DNA from: Octopus vulgaris | Taxonomy: Eukaryota | Length of the DNA: 64,000 nt | Reading direction: 5' to 3' | Assembly (NCBI GenBank): GCA_951406725.2 | Contig: CATOCA020000001.1 | Span: 5,394,001 to 5,458,000, forward strand | Shown: piece by piece, positions 39,851 to 53,127 of the stretch | Layout of the letters: the number at the start of each line of letters is the position of its first letter | How positions within the stretch are numbered: position 1 is the stretch's first letter | Position numbers and translations under genes: made by a program | Notes under the pieces: generated by a model | Database searches by the model: none | The model's input: the letters and a program-made list of their open reading frames with translations, nothing else | What the model was told of the DNA's origin: nothing

Positions 39851-40525
39851 GGCACAGGAGTGGCTGTGTGGTAAGTAGCTTGCTTACCAACCACATGGTT
39901 CCTGGTTCAGTCCCACTGCGTGGCATCTCGGGCAAGTGTCTTCTGCTATAACCCCGGGCCGTCCAATGCCTTGTGAGTGGATTTGGTAGACGGAAACTGA
40001 AAGAAGCCTGTCGTATATATGTATATATATGTATGTGTGTGTATGTGTTTGTATGTCTGTGTTTGTCCCCCTAGAATTGCTTGACAACAGATGCTGGTGT
40101 GTTTACGTCCCCGTCACTTAGCGGGTCGGCAAAAGAGACCGATAGAATAAGTACTGGGCTAACGAAGAATAAGTCCCGGGGTTGATTTGCTCGACTAAAG
40201 GCGGTGCTCCAGCATGGCCACTGTCAAATGACTGAAACAAGTAAAATAAAATAACGGAAACTGAAAGAAGCCCGTCGTATATATGTATATATATGTGTAT
40301 GTGCGTGTATGTGTCTGTGTTTGTCCCCCTAGCATTGCTTGACAACAGATGCTGGTGTGTTTACGTCCCCGTCACTTAGCGGTTCGGCAAAAAAGAGACC
40401 GCTAGAATAAGTACTGGGCTTACAAAGAATAAGTCCCGGGGTCGAGTTGCTCGATTAAAGGCGGTGCTCCAGCATGGCCGCAGTCAAAATGACTGAAACA
40501 AGTAAAAGAGAAAGAGAAAGAGAAT
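39851..40525 (+). mobile_element. CORE-type SINE with tandemly duplicated 3' two-thirds
   Basis: Full copy at 39851-40253, then a restart at ACGGAAACTGAAAGAAG running to a second tail. Confidence 0.85.
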
Positions 40526-40762
40526 ATATATATACATATATGGCTGCTATTTTTAGCAAGTTAAAATTACCTGTTAAAGGGTAATATTCTATTTTGAAAT
40601 ATATAAACATATATATATTTGTGTGTGTGTGTGTGTGTGTGTGTGTTTGTCTGCGTGTATTGTCCGCATATATATATATATATATATAAATGGATAGATT
40701 GATAGATAGTTAGATAGATAGATACATGCATACATACACACATACATACATATATACAGACT

Positions 40763-40793
<31 letters not shown>

Positions 40794-41126
40794 CTGTGTG
40801 TGTGTGTGTGTAGCTTAGCTTTAGACGAAATACCTATTTTTAAATACCGATGAGGGGTGTGTTGTCGCCCTTCGCAGCAACTTAACTGGACAACAGGATG
40901 TTCATTGAAGCGTAAATTGGCTGTGGCTGCAAATGTAATTAAAATGTAATTAAAATACCTTACTCTTCTGCCAAAACAAGTGTATATACACACACATACA
41001 TGTATACATACATACATACATACATACATGCATGCATGCATACACAGGCGTATACACAAATGTATGCATACACACACACATACATACGTATATATATATG
41101 ACGATCTAATTCGTATTTTCTCAGAT

Positions 41127-41292
41127 GCAGCTCAGATTTTCGTCAATGAAAAGCGACTCAGACATATATATTCATATATATCATGATGATGATGATGAAA
41201 AGAGAGAGAGAGAGAGACTTATTTTATCGAACTTTCGTTAGCTTTGGCTGCCATTTCTAGCATAGAGAGAGAGAAAGAGAGAAAGAGATAGA

Positions 41293-41324
<32 letters not shown>

Positions 41325-41888
41325 CTTATTTTATCGAACTTTCGTTAGCTTTGGCTGCCATTTCTAGCATATGGATAGCCTTCTTGACGGCCTGATCGAT
41401 TTGCTCGACTAAAGGCGGTGCTCCAGCATGGCCACTGTCAAATGACTGAAACAAGTAATATAAAATAACATATATATAGGCACAGGAGTGGCTGTGTGGT
41501 AAGTAGCTTGCTTACCAACCACATGGTTCCTGGTTCAGTCCCACTGCGTGGCATCTCAGGCAAGTGTCTTCTGCTATAACCCCGGGCCGTCCAATGCCTT
41601 GTGAGTGGATTTGGTAGACGGAAACTGAAAGAAGCCCGTCGTATATATGTATATATATATATATATGTGTATGTGCGTGTGTGTGTCTGTGTTTGTCCCC
41701 CTAGAATTGCTTGACAACAGATGCTGGTGTGTTTACGTCCCCGTCACTTAGCGGGTCGGCAAAAGAGACCGATAGAATAAGTACTGGGCTTACGAAGAAT
41801 AAGTCCCGGGGTCGAGTTGCTCGATTAAAGGCGGTGCTCCAGCATGGCCGCAGTCAAATGACTGAAACAAGTAAAAGAATAAAAGAGA
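41127..41888 (+). repeat. Local duplication of 39576-40250, including a CORE-type SINE (41479-41888)
   Basis: GCAGCTCAGATTTTCGTCAA at 39576 and 41127. Same order of GA tract, SINE tail and full SINE. Confidence 0.9.
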
Positions 41889-42395
41889 GATAGAACTAGG
41901 CCTTGGATGGTATAAATGTAATGTAGTATGTAATAAAGGTGCAGAAGCTATGATAAGGAGGGAAATTGGGTTCAAGTTAACTTTGTAAGATAAAAACCCT
42001 ATTTCTGTCACTTATTGCAATCTTCACTGAGAGGTGTTTGTTTCTCAGAAAATATTTCCAGATACTTTTGCAATATTACAAGAAGCGGTTAAAATTATTA
42101 ACGTTATTAAAATTCTTGTTCTCAATAGTTTCCTCTTCTGTGAGGAAATGGCATCCAATTTCAGCCAAGTTTTATGAAGAACAGAAGTGTGATGAATCTG
42201 AAATAGAGAAGCTTTGAACCAATTGTTAGAACTTTAAAAAATGAAGACATAATATTCCTGCTGGGATTAAATTCAGATTTGTTCCACAATGAAGATTCGT
42301 TATACAAATTATTCTATTTGTCAGACATTTTTGGACAGCTTAATAAACGTAATATGTCTGTACAAAAGGGAAAAACACTGAAATTTTTTATTTAA

Positions 42396-42616
42396 CCCTT
42401 TAGCATATAAACCGGCCATATCCGGCCAAAAATATTCTTCCTGTTTTATGTTCAAACGAGCCCTATCTGGTCTCTCACACCAACCCTACAATATTGTTTT
42501 AAAAATGAACAGCTACCTCATCAAAATCTCATAGCTACAAGATAATGCATGATTAGTTCAAAACAATGAGGAGGAAAAAGGATTAACTTTTGCAGAATAA
42601 TGTGAACACTAAAGGG
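42396..42616. mobile_element. piggyBac-type MITE
   Basis: TTAA-CCCTTTAG...CTAAAGGG-TTAA: a TTAA TSD and an 8-bp terminal inverted repeat. Confidence 0.85.
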
Positions 42617-43589
42617 TTAAATAAAAGACTCAAGCTTTCATTTAAGACAAATGAAACACATGGTTGATCGTAAAGTCAGATTCCACTTCCTCGCAGCTGA
42701 ATTTCCACGAGATACCTGTGCATCTGTCTCAATCTTCCACCCCCGACCAGATAATTCTGCCGTCGACCTACATGCTGTTAACAATGGGAACCGGCTTCTT
42801 ATACATTTTAAGTCGTTGGTGCTTCAAGGAGTCGAGGCTTAGGGTACATGTCAGCTGCAGATGGACAGCTACTTTCTCTGTCATTGTCGGTCTTAGGTCA
42901 GGTGAGGACGGTTCTGATGGTTGGGTAGGGCTGCAACATAACACTCAGAGAGAAAGAAAGAAAGAATTAGAGAAAGAGAGAGAGAGAGAAATGTTAGTGA
43001 GGAAAAGAGACGACTCAGATGGTGCTTGGATTTGACGGTAATGTCCCACCGACACGCACAGATGCGGGAGAGGACATCCGAGAAGCTTTCCGACTGGAAC
43101 AGCGATTTCCAGCAGAAGATCCGTGTTGAGAAGGCAGCCATTCTCACAGATGTGTGCGACGCACCGAATTTGTTTCCTCATAACTCCCCGACAAACAGTC
43201 ATTATTTAATTAAATTTTCTGTAAATACCCTTCAGATGGTGATCATTCTGATTATATCAGAATTTGTAGTGAAACAAATTTGTCTGTCGGCGGAAAGATG
43301 AGTTTCGTAAAATTCACACGAATTGTCTGTGTTTGCTCAGAACTTTAAGAAAACTGGGTTATTTTCTAAGGTAATTTTCTACAAATACGTTACAGTGTGT
43401 GTAAAATGCGATTGTATTGGAATTTAATGTGGAAAGAAAAAATAATGAGCACACACACACACACACACACACTGACGCACATCACAATTTTTTCCAAATT
43501 TCAAGTTTCCTTTTGTCGATATGTGACCTGTTGTACTACGTATTTGTAATAATCCACCAAATTAATTTTCTCATATTCATTTCCGATAT

Positions 43590-44957
43590 GATTTTTCACG
43601 CTGAGAGTTGCTGAAGCATGGAACAAACTGCCGGCATCAGTTGTTAGTTGTCTGAGCACTGCATCCTTCAAAACTTTCATGCTTTCTGAGATTCACCAAC
43701 ACTACACCTGATTTTCTCCCCTCCATACACACACAAGCATGTAACAACCTGCCGGCATCAGTTGTTAATTGTCTGAGCACTGCATCCTTCAAAACTTCCA
43801 TGCTTTCTGAGATTCGCCAACACTACACCTGATTTTCTCCCCTCCATACACACGCAAGCATGGAACAAACTGCCGGCATCAGTTGTTAATTGTCTGAGCA
43901 CTGCATCCTTCAAAACTTTCATGCTTTCTGAGATTCGCCAACACTACACCTGATTTTCTCCCCTCCATACACACACAAGCATGGAACAACCTGCCGGCAT
44001 CAGTTGTTAGTTGTCTGAGCACTGCATCCTTCAAAACTTTCATGCTTTCTGAGATTCGCCAACACTACACCTGATTTCCTCACCTCCATACACACGCAAG
44101 CATGGAACAAACTGCCGGTATCAGTTGTTAATTGTCTGAGCACTGCATCCTTCAAAACGTCCATGCTTTCTGAGATTCGCCAACACTACACCTGATTTTC
44201 TCCCCTCCATACACACACAAGCATGGAACAACCTGCCGGCATCAGTTGTTAATTGTCTGAGCACTGCATCCTTCAAAACTTCCATGCTTTCTGTGATTCG
44301 CCAACACTACACCTGATTTTCTCCCCTCCATACACACGCAAGCATGGAACAAACTGCCGGCATCAGTTGTTAATTGTCTGAGCACTGCATCCTTCAAAAC
44401 TTTCATGCTTTCTGAGATTCGCCAACACTACACCTGATTTTCTCCCCTCCATACACACACAAGCATGGAACAACCTGCCGGCATCAGTTGTTAATTGTCT
44501 GAGCACTGCATCCTTCAAAACGTCCATGCTTTCTGAGATTCGCCAACACTACACCTGATTTTCTCCCCTCCATACACACACAAGCATGGAACAACCTGCC
44601 GGCATCAGTTGTTAATTGTCTGAGCACTGCATCCTTCAAAACGTCCATGCTTTCTGAGATTCGCCAACACTACACCTGATTTTCTCCCCTCCATACACAC
44701 GCAAGCATGGAACAAACTGCCGGCATCAGTTGTTAGTTGTCTGAGCACTGCATCCTTCAAAACTTTCATGCTTCCTGAGATTCGCCAACACTACATCTGA
44801 TTTCCTCCCCTCCATACACACACAAGCATGTATCTAACTCATACATTGTTCGCTTTCCATACATTTGTACATTACAGCATACACCTTATACGCACTTTCT
44901 GACAAGTTGTGGTGCACCTGAGCACTGTATACAATAATGTCATTATTATTATTATTT
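43590..44957 (+). mobile_element. 5'-truncated CR1-type LINE 3' end with internal tandem expansion
   Basis: FFTLRVAEAWNKLPASVVSCLSTASFKTFMLSEIHQHYT* is a typical CR1 ORF2 terminus. 3' UTR follows, then an (ATT)n tail. Confidence 0.85.
43614..44830 (+). repeat. Tandem array, 10 x 121 bp
   Basis: AAGCATG recurs at 43614, 43735, 43856 ... 44703, 44824. Confidence 0.95.
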
Positions 44958-46454
44958 TATAATTGTAATCGACACACTCTGAAAGGCATTTATAGAAAAT
45001 TCCATAAAAAATTTATTATTTTTCTGAAAGTTGTGAAAAAAGCCAGACGCCCTGTGTGAATTTTCCAAAACTCCTAACATCGAAGTAGGAAAAATGTTTT
45101 CATCAAATATTTCGATATAATCGCAATTTACAGCATCAGAAGCTCAGTTTTAGAAAATATAATTTAAAATCTCCATTTTCTGGAAGCTCTGAGGCAGGAA
45201 ATTCGGGTGTCAAACATCTGAAGCAATACCGAATGGCATTTAATATCTTCACACTGAACTCCTTCATAACCGTCGAGATGCGTCAATTTCCGTCGATTTC
45301 CGTTCTCGTAGCTGTTTCCCCGCAACACAGCTCCGTCACACATCCATGAGACCGGCCTGCGATGAGTAAAACAGTGTGTCGAGATGTTTCGGTGGTAGAG
45401 GCGTCGTCACTATGAGCTGAATTGTTCTCCGTTAGATGGCATTCACTTGTTTCCTGTTCTATTCTCATCACTTCCGGTCTGATCCCTTTCCTTCTCGAAG
45501 TTTACTTTCACATTTTTGCAGCTTAAAATAGGACGACAACCAGTGCACGGCTGCACTAAACTGCACTTTCATTGCATATTCTTGCTCCCTTCTCTTTGTA
45601 GTGGACAGTCAATGGCTAATCTTTGCAGTAATCTGACCAAATGCCAATTATAAAATAGAAACTATTAGATTTAGGGAAATGTCCGTGCGTCGTGTTAAAA
45701 TAATGATTGTTTTATGCAAGAATTTATTCAAAAGCAACAAATATTCTTCAAAATAAAGACCAAACGCACGAACTTTTTCCTCAACTTAATAAAAAAATTG
45801 TGAAGCAATTAAAGAAATAAGTGGTTTCATTTAGTATGCGATGTTTGGCTGCTATTTCTAGCAGCTGCATCCACAATAGGAGCAGGGTGCAGTGTGAAGA
45901 TTACGAGGAGGAAATTAAGGGCTAAGAATTGCAATATTAAACCCTTCGATCTATTATTTACATTAAATCATTTTTGGAAATCTTCAATTTCTGCGCAAGA
46001 AAAAAATACAATTTAAAGCGAAAAGGGATGCAATAAGAGTTATTGTTCTTACCCTTTCAACGTTGACTCCTCCCACCACTTTGCATAACGTAGACTGACT
46101 CCGCCCATTTTGCTTTCTTTATTAACTCATACCCTTCCCCTATTACTAAATATATATCGTCCAATAAGCGCGCTCTCCCTCTTTGTCTCTTTCTCTTCGC
46201 CTCCCTCTCCCACCTCCTCATATATTACCCAATGCTTCCCCCTCCCTTGCTTTTCCTCTTAATTCCCTCTGTCTGTACCTCACTGAACCCTTAATGCATT
46301 TTCATACTCTTTCTCTCCCCCCTACGAAACATATCCTCCCACTTCTCCCTCTCTGTCTCCTTTCTCTCAGAACCTCATTATATATTCATTTTAATCACCG
46401 CCCACCTCCCTTGCAAAAGCGTTCACCTCTTCCTCTCCCTCACTAACTGTATAT

Positions 46455-46589
46455 ATGTCTGTCTCTCTCTCTCTCTCTCTCTCACGCATTCTGTCTCTCT
46501 CTCTCTCCCACTCTCATTCTTTCTCTGCTTCCTCATACATTAATATATCCCTCCCCTTCCCTAGGGTTTCTCTCTCTCACTCAATCTTC

Positions 46590-46626
<37 letters not shown>

Positions 46627-47138
46627 ACTCTAATTCTTTCTCTCCTTCCTCATACATTAATATATCCCTCCCCTTCCCTAGGGTTTCTCTCTCTCACTCT
46701 TTCTTCCTTTCTCTCTCTCTCTCTCACGCATTCTGTCTCTCTCTCTCTCTCCCACTCTCATTCTTTCTCTGCTTCCTCATACGTTAATATATCCCTCCCC
46801 TTCCCTAGATTTCTCTATCTCTCTTTTTCCTTTCTTTCTCTCTTCCCCTCTCTCTCTCACGCATTCTGTCTCTCTCTCTCTCTCCCACTCTCATTCTTTC
46901 TCTGCTTCCTCATACATTAATATATCCCTCCCCTTCCCTAGGCTTTCTCTCTCTCACTCTTTCTTCCTTTCTTTCTCTCTCTCTCTCTCTCTCTCACGCA
47001 TTCTGTCTCTCTCTCTCCCACTCTCATTCTTTCTCTGCTTCCTCATACATTAATATATCCCTCCTCTTCCCTAGGGTTTCTCTCTCTCACTCTTTCTTCC
47101 TTTCTTTCTCTCTCTCTCTCTCTCTCTCACGCATTCTG

Positions 47139-47170
<32 letters not shown>

Positions 47171-47525
47171 ATTCTTTCTCTGCTTCCTCATACATTAATA
47201 TATCCCTCCCCTTCCCTAGGCTTTCTCTCTCCCACTCTTTCTTCCTTTCTTTCTCTCTCTCTCTCTTTCTCTCTCACGCATTCTGTCTCTCTCTCTCCCA
47301 CTCTCACTCCCCCTCTCTGCTTCCTCATACATTAATATATCCCTCCTCTTCCCTAGGGCTTCTCTCTCTCTCACTCTTTCTTCCTTTCTTTCTCTCTCTC
47401 TCTCTCTCACGCATTCTGTCTCTCTCTCTCTCTCTCACTCTCATTCTTTCTCTGCTTCCTCATACATTAATATATCCCTCCCCTTCCCTAGGCTTTCTCT
47501 CTCTCACTCTTTCTTCATTTCTTTC
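46455..47525 (+). repeat. CT-rich minisatellite, about 9 units of roughly 115-130 bp
   Basis: Recurring CACGCATTCTGTC(TC)n...CTTCCTCATACATTAATATATCCCTCCCCTTCCCTAG. Confidence 0.9.
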
Positions 47526-48149
47526 TCTCTCTATCTCCCCACCTCCTTATATCTTACTCTCTCCCTCTTCCTCTCCTTTTATCCCTAAGAAACCTTACTT
47601 TCTTACAAATAAATTATATTTTCAGATTTACCTTCAAATTTCTCTCTCGCTAATTATTTTACCAGAAGCTAATTATTTAACTAACCATTAATTACATAAT
47701 TACTGTGTAGTTCTTAATTGAGCAAATTAAATAGCCGAGACATTGACGGACAATTTAAGAAGCATTTATTCAAAGAATCCTCCTACACCTGGTTTGACAT
47801 CATGCTAGAAATAACAGCCCACTACACTCAAAGTTGCTTTGTTTTTCATACGAAATTGAAAGACAATTTAAGAAGCATTTATAAAACTTTTTCCCGGATC
47901 TGGTCAGACTTCTTCATCGAAGGAGAAACCAAGTGAAGAAGCGTCTATAAAACGTATTGGTGGTCTGTTATCTTGCTAGAAATAACTGCCCACCACACTA
48001 TAATTTATATTGTTTTCATGAAGGTCACTTTAAGGAGCTTCTAAGGAAATATAGTCCAATTGGGGATCAAATGTGATGCTAGAAATAACAGCCAAGTATG
48101 TTAAAGTTTGGTTTTGTGTTTCATATGAAAATGAAGGACACTTCGAAAC

Positions 48150-50092
48150 TCTTCTCTCTCCTTCCTCATTCTGTATTAATACCTCATCCTTCCCCTCTTC
48201 CTTTCTCTAATACATGATAGACTCCCTCTCTTATCACACACATCATTCCCTCTCCTTCTCAACTCCCCCCTCTTTCACTTATTTATGTTATTGTTTAACC
48301 CCGCCTCCCTCATCCCTCGTTTTCTCTCAACTCTTACTCTCCCTCCCTCACAAAGCATATATCTCATACATCACCTCTGTTTCCTCCCCCGCTCACTTTT
48401 TGTCTCTCTCTCTCCCTCCCTCTTTACCATCTCATATCTCATACTCTCCCTCTACCTCTTTTGCGCTCCGCCCCACGTCACACTCTCCCTCTCTTTCTAA
48501 ACCTATGTATCCTTCTCTCTCTCCCTCCACCTCCTTATATAATATTCTCTCATTCTCTTACCTCATTCTTTCCCTCCCTTTCTCCTCCCTTTCCCTCTCC
48601 CTCTCTTTCTCTATGTCTGTCTTTCTCTCTCTTTGCTCTCTCGATTTCTCTATTTCAGTCTCTCTCTTTCTCCCTCTCGCTTCTCATGTCTCTCTCTCTG
48701 TCTCCGTGTCTCTGTTTGTCTGTCTCTCTCTTTCTCCCTCTCTCCCTCTCCCTCTCTCTATCACCTTATTATATATTAATGCTCCACCTTTTTACTCTTT
48801 CTCTCTCATCTCATACTCCTCCTCTCTCTCTCCCTCTCCCTCTTACATCTTATCATTTTTACAGAATTACGTCACCTTCCTTTCTATCTCTCTCTTATTC
48901 TTTCTTTCTTCCTTTTTTTCGTTCATTTTCCTCTCTTCCTTTCTTTCTTCCTTTCTTTCTTTCTTTCTTTCAATTTCCTTTCTTTCTTTCTTTTTTCTTT
49001 CTTTCTTTCTTTCTTTTTTCTTTCTTTCTTTCTCTCTTTTTTCTTTCTTTCTTTCTTCCTTTCTTACTCTTTCTTTCTTTCATTCATTCCCTTCCTTTCT
49101 TTCTTTCTTTCTTTATTTCTTCTTTCATTTCTCTCATCTTTTTCTGTTTCCTTCTTTCATTTTCGTTATTTCTTTAGTTTTCTTTCAGTTTTTCATTTCC
49201 TTCTTCTTTCCTTCATTCTCTTTTCTTTCTTCGCTCTTATCTTTCCTTCTCCTTTGCTTCTTTTCTTTTTCTTCCTTTCTTTTTTTCGTCGTTGTTTCGT
49301 TGCTTTTCTTTGTTTTCTTTTCCTTTTCTCCTTTTTCTCTCTCTCCCTCTCGCCCAGCTCTTATCTTTCTCTCTTTCTTTCCTTCTTTTTTCCTTCTTTT
49401 TCCTTCTTTCTTCCCTTCATTCTTTCTATCTTTCCTTCTTTTTCCTTCTATCTTTTCTTCTTTCCTTTCTTTCCCTTTCCTCCTTTCTATTTTTGTTTCA
49501 TTCTTTCTAAATTTCCTTCTTTTCCCTTTCTATCTTTCTTTTCTTTCTACCTTTCCTTCCTTCTTTTTCTTTTCTTGCTCCTTTCTTTCTCCCTTTCTTT
49601 CTTTCTTTCTTAATTTCTTTCTTACTTTCTTTCTTTTTTTCCTTTCTTTCTTTCTTTATTTATTTCTTCCGCTCTCATTTCATGTATTATTACAGAATCA
49701 CATTACTTTTTTCCTTCCCCCTCCCTTCTATCATTCCTTCTTTTTCTCTTTTCTTTCTTCCTCCCTCTCTCTTTCTCTTTCATTCTTTCCTTCTTTTTAC
49801 TCTCTCTCTCTCTCTCACACTCATTCTTTCTCTTAATCTCATTGTTTCTATCTCTCTCTCATTCTTTCTTTCTTTTTCTTTCTTTCATGTTTGTTTACCA
49901 TTACTTACTTTCTTTTTTCTTTCTTTCTTTCTTTCTTTTTCTTTCTTTCTTTTTTTTCTTTCTTTATCTTTCTTTCTTTCTTTCTTTACTCTTCCTTTCT
50001 TTCTTTTCTTTCTTTCTTTCTTTCTTTCTCTCTTTGTGTTTTCTTTCTTTCCTTTTCCTCTTTCTTTCTTTCTATTTTCTTTCTTTCTTTCC
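48150..50092. repeat. Long polypyrimidine low-complexity tract (CT/CTTT)
   Basis: Directly visible. Accounts for the spurious 540-aa F/S/L ORF. Confidence 0.95.
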
Positions 50093-50966
50093 GAGCAACA
50101 ACGAATGGATTAATTGTTGCTGTGTTTAAAATCTACGAAACTAACCCCCGAATTTAGGCGGAGGTAAAAATGCCTATCGTTTTGAAGTGTCACATTTATA
50201 TAGTTATGTTCTCATAACAATACAGACATGTCTAGTTAAGACATGATTTTGCGAGAATGATTTAATGAAGACATCAAGACAGTTGAAATATTTGGGCGAA
50301 GATGGCACAGAATGACCCAATCAAGAAAGAACTGGAAGGGCATCGTGAGCAGCGACGTGTAACAGCATCCGATAGAATGAATCAGTACAGTCAGATATTA
50401 ATACTCAAAGAAACATATAAATATAATTAATGGCATAAGAAAGGTTAACTGTCATAAATATTTCAGAGGAGATTGAACGTGATTCCTTCTTGCTGTTGAC
50501 ACCTGGGGAAATGTCCTTTGAGTGAATTTCTCTTAATCAGCTGATAATAATACATTTATAAATCTTATGATACATTTCTCAACTACTACATACACACATA
50601 TAGGCGATCCTTCGATATAACTCGGGGAAATGTCACTTTTAATCAACTGTTAAGTTACAGCGCTCGGTAAATTCATTAAAATTTATTTATTTATTTTCGT
50701 AGGTGAAAATTGACAGACTTCGAAGGCAGCATAAAGTGAAAGAGAGAGGAAATGGATATGGATGTGTGTATGTGTCGATGGGGGTTGCGAGACAGAAAGC
50801 GTGTGTTGTGTGTTGCTAAGAGAGGCTAACTTAATACTTTTCCTTAATTTGTGTTCCCTGGAAACTAATTAAAGACTAAGAAACGAAAGTGTAAAAAAGC
50901 GAAATTGTGAGATGTCAAGCGAAAAACGAATCAGTGACGTAGAAAGTGTTCGATATTTATTGATAA

Positions 50967-51339
50967 TCTTTATATATAAAAGTAAGGTTGTGTGTCTGTC
51001 TCCTACGATTTAGATTCCTAACTACTCCCACATTTTGCGGTGCAGTTTAACCAAAACCGGGTATCTTATAGTCGTGATTCATATCGATCCCTTCTGGGTA
51101 TTAGCGTACGTCTACGATGAGTCTACGATTAAAAAAAAAATTACCATCATTTTTTTCCATTTTAATGCATTTTTCGCTATTATATAAGGGAAGTAACTCT
51201 CTAGAAATGTCTTCGATGAGTCAACGATTTAAAAAAAAATTATAATGCATTTTTTGCTATTTTTTGGCTATAACTCTCTAAAAATGCTTATATAGTTATT
51301 TCCCTTACAAACCCGAGCAACGCCGGGCGATACTGCCAG
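50967..51339 (+). mobile_element. Non-autonomous Helitron
   Basis: Inserted between A and T. 5' TCTTTATATATAAAA, 3' hairpin CCCGAGCAACGCCGGG, terminal CCAG (variant of CTAG), internal direct sub-repeat, no TSD. Confidence 0.8.
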
Positions 51340-51725
51340 TGTGTTATAAACACTTCGATGTGTTATTCTCATTAAATCATATTTGGAAACCTGTAGAGTT
51401 TGCGCAAGAAAACAGATTTCATTAGACTCAATAAAAAGGAAAACAGTTTAAAGCAAAAAGGGTTGTGGTAAGAGTTATTATCCTTGCTCTGACTCTCTAC
51501 TTCCCCGCCCTTCGTTATATATTCCTTACCTCTGACTCTCCCTCTCTCAGTAGACACTCTCACCCCATTTAATGTGGACTGACTCCGCCCCTCTTACCTC
51601 TTACCCTTCCTCTATTAGTAAATGTATTTATTTGCCTTCTCTCTCTGTAGCTAACAGTCTCTCTCTTCCCGCCTCCTTATATATTACAGTGCCTCTCCCT
51701 CTCTTGCCTTCTATTTCCATCCCCT

Positions 51726-51756
<31 letters not shown>

Positions 51757-52613
51757 CTACAATACATAGCAATCGACTACTCCCTCTTTGTCTCCTCTCT
51801 CCCTCCTCCACTTCATTATATATTTATTTTAAACCCCGCCTCCCTTGCCATACCGCTCACCTCATCCCCTCCCTCACTTACTGATACTATATATCAGTTT
51901 CTCTTCCTCTCTGTAACCTCATACATTAACGTGTCCCTCCCCTTCCCTAGGTATCCCTCTCTATTTTCCTTTCTTCCTCTCTATCTCCCTCCTCCTCTTC
52001 ATTATATTATTACCCTCTCCTTCTTCCTCTCCTTTTATTTCTAACAACTTCTCTGATTTAAATTTTGGTGCAGCTTAATTTAAATAATTAATTATTTAAC
52101 TAATGACTAATTACATAAATACTTTGTAAGTTTATAATTGAAGAAATTAAATAGTGCAAGCATTGAAGGACAATTTAAGAAGCATTTATTAAAATAATTG
52201 TCCTCTACATGATTTCACATTATGCTAGAAATAACAGCCAACTGCACACAAATTTACATTTGTTTCCATTAAATAATTAAAAGGGACATTAAGAAGCATT
52301 TTAAAAATCTTTTCCCATATGTGGTATTCTTCATTCTAGAAATAGAAGCCGTGTGACTTTCAATTCACTATGTTTGTCATATAAAAATTTGAAGGACAAT
52401 TGAGAAGAATTTATAAAAGAAAGAGACCAACATATTTTCTCACATCTTACTAGAAACAGAAAGCAAGTCCTTCAAAGTTTATAGTTTTTCAGTTGTAACT
52501 GGAAGGACACTTCGAGAAACACCGCTACTTCTGCCTTCTCTCCAACACAACATTCTCCCACACTCTTACTAAAACCTTTATATCATTTGCTCTCTCTCTC
52601 TCTCTCTTTCTCT

Positions 52614-52716
<103 letters not shown>

Positions 52717-52769
52717 GAGTGTATTGTCATTCGCTTGAAGCATTGTATATTGTTTGTAAAAAATATAAA

Positions 52770-53024
52770 GTGTCTTGAATGGCACAACAGTGCACTATAA
52801 TAACAACTATGGACTATAATAACTGTTATAATTTAATCATCCATAGTCTGATACAACATTTCGGAATATAGAAAAAACCATTGGAAAACCGATTGTAGCA
52901 GTGACTCGATCAATTCCTAGGGATATCTGAAGAAGGAATTTTTATATCCCGAAATTTTGTATCAAACTATGGATGATTAAATTATAACAGTTATTATAGT
53001 GCTTTGTTGTGCCTTTCAAAACAC
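52770..53024. mobile_element. Fold-back element (inverted arms of 85-110 bp) with hammerhead-like core
   Basis: ACTATAATAACTGTTATAATTTAATCATCCATAGT.TGATACAA.ATTTCGG versus its reverse complement at 52941-53001. CTGAAGA-aggaa...tcc-CGAAA at 52927-52954. Confidence 0.75.
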
Positions 53025-53052
53025 ATTCTTTTCTCTCTCTCTCTCTCTCTCA

Positions 53053-53103
<51 letters not shown>

Positions 53104-53127
53104 ACACACACAGAGTCTTTTAAATTC

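Noticed and set aside
43060-43132. EDIREAFRL, resembling a calmodulin EF-hand helix
   Set aside because: No DxDxxG loop follows, and the frame stops shortly after.
43614-44830. Regular array resembling CRISPR
   Set aside because: Whole 121-bp units repeat with no unique spacers, the unit derives from a CR1 3' end, and there are no cas genes.
48214-49836. 540-aa ORF
   Set aside because: Pyrimidine low-complexity DNA lacks stop codons by composition; the product is almost entirely F/S/L.
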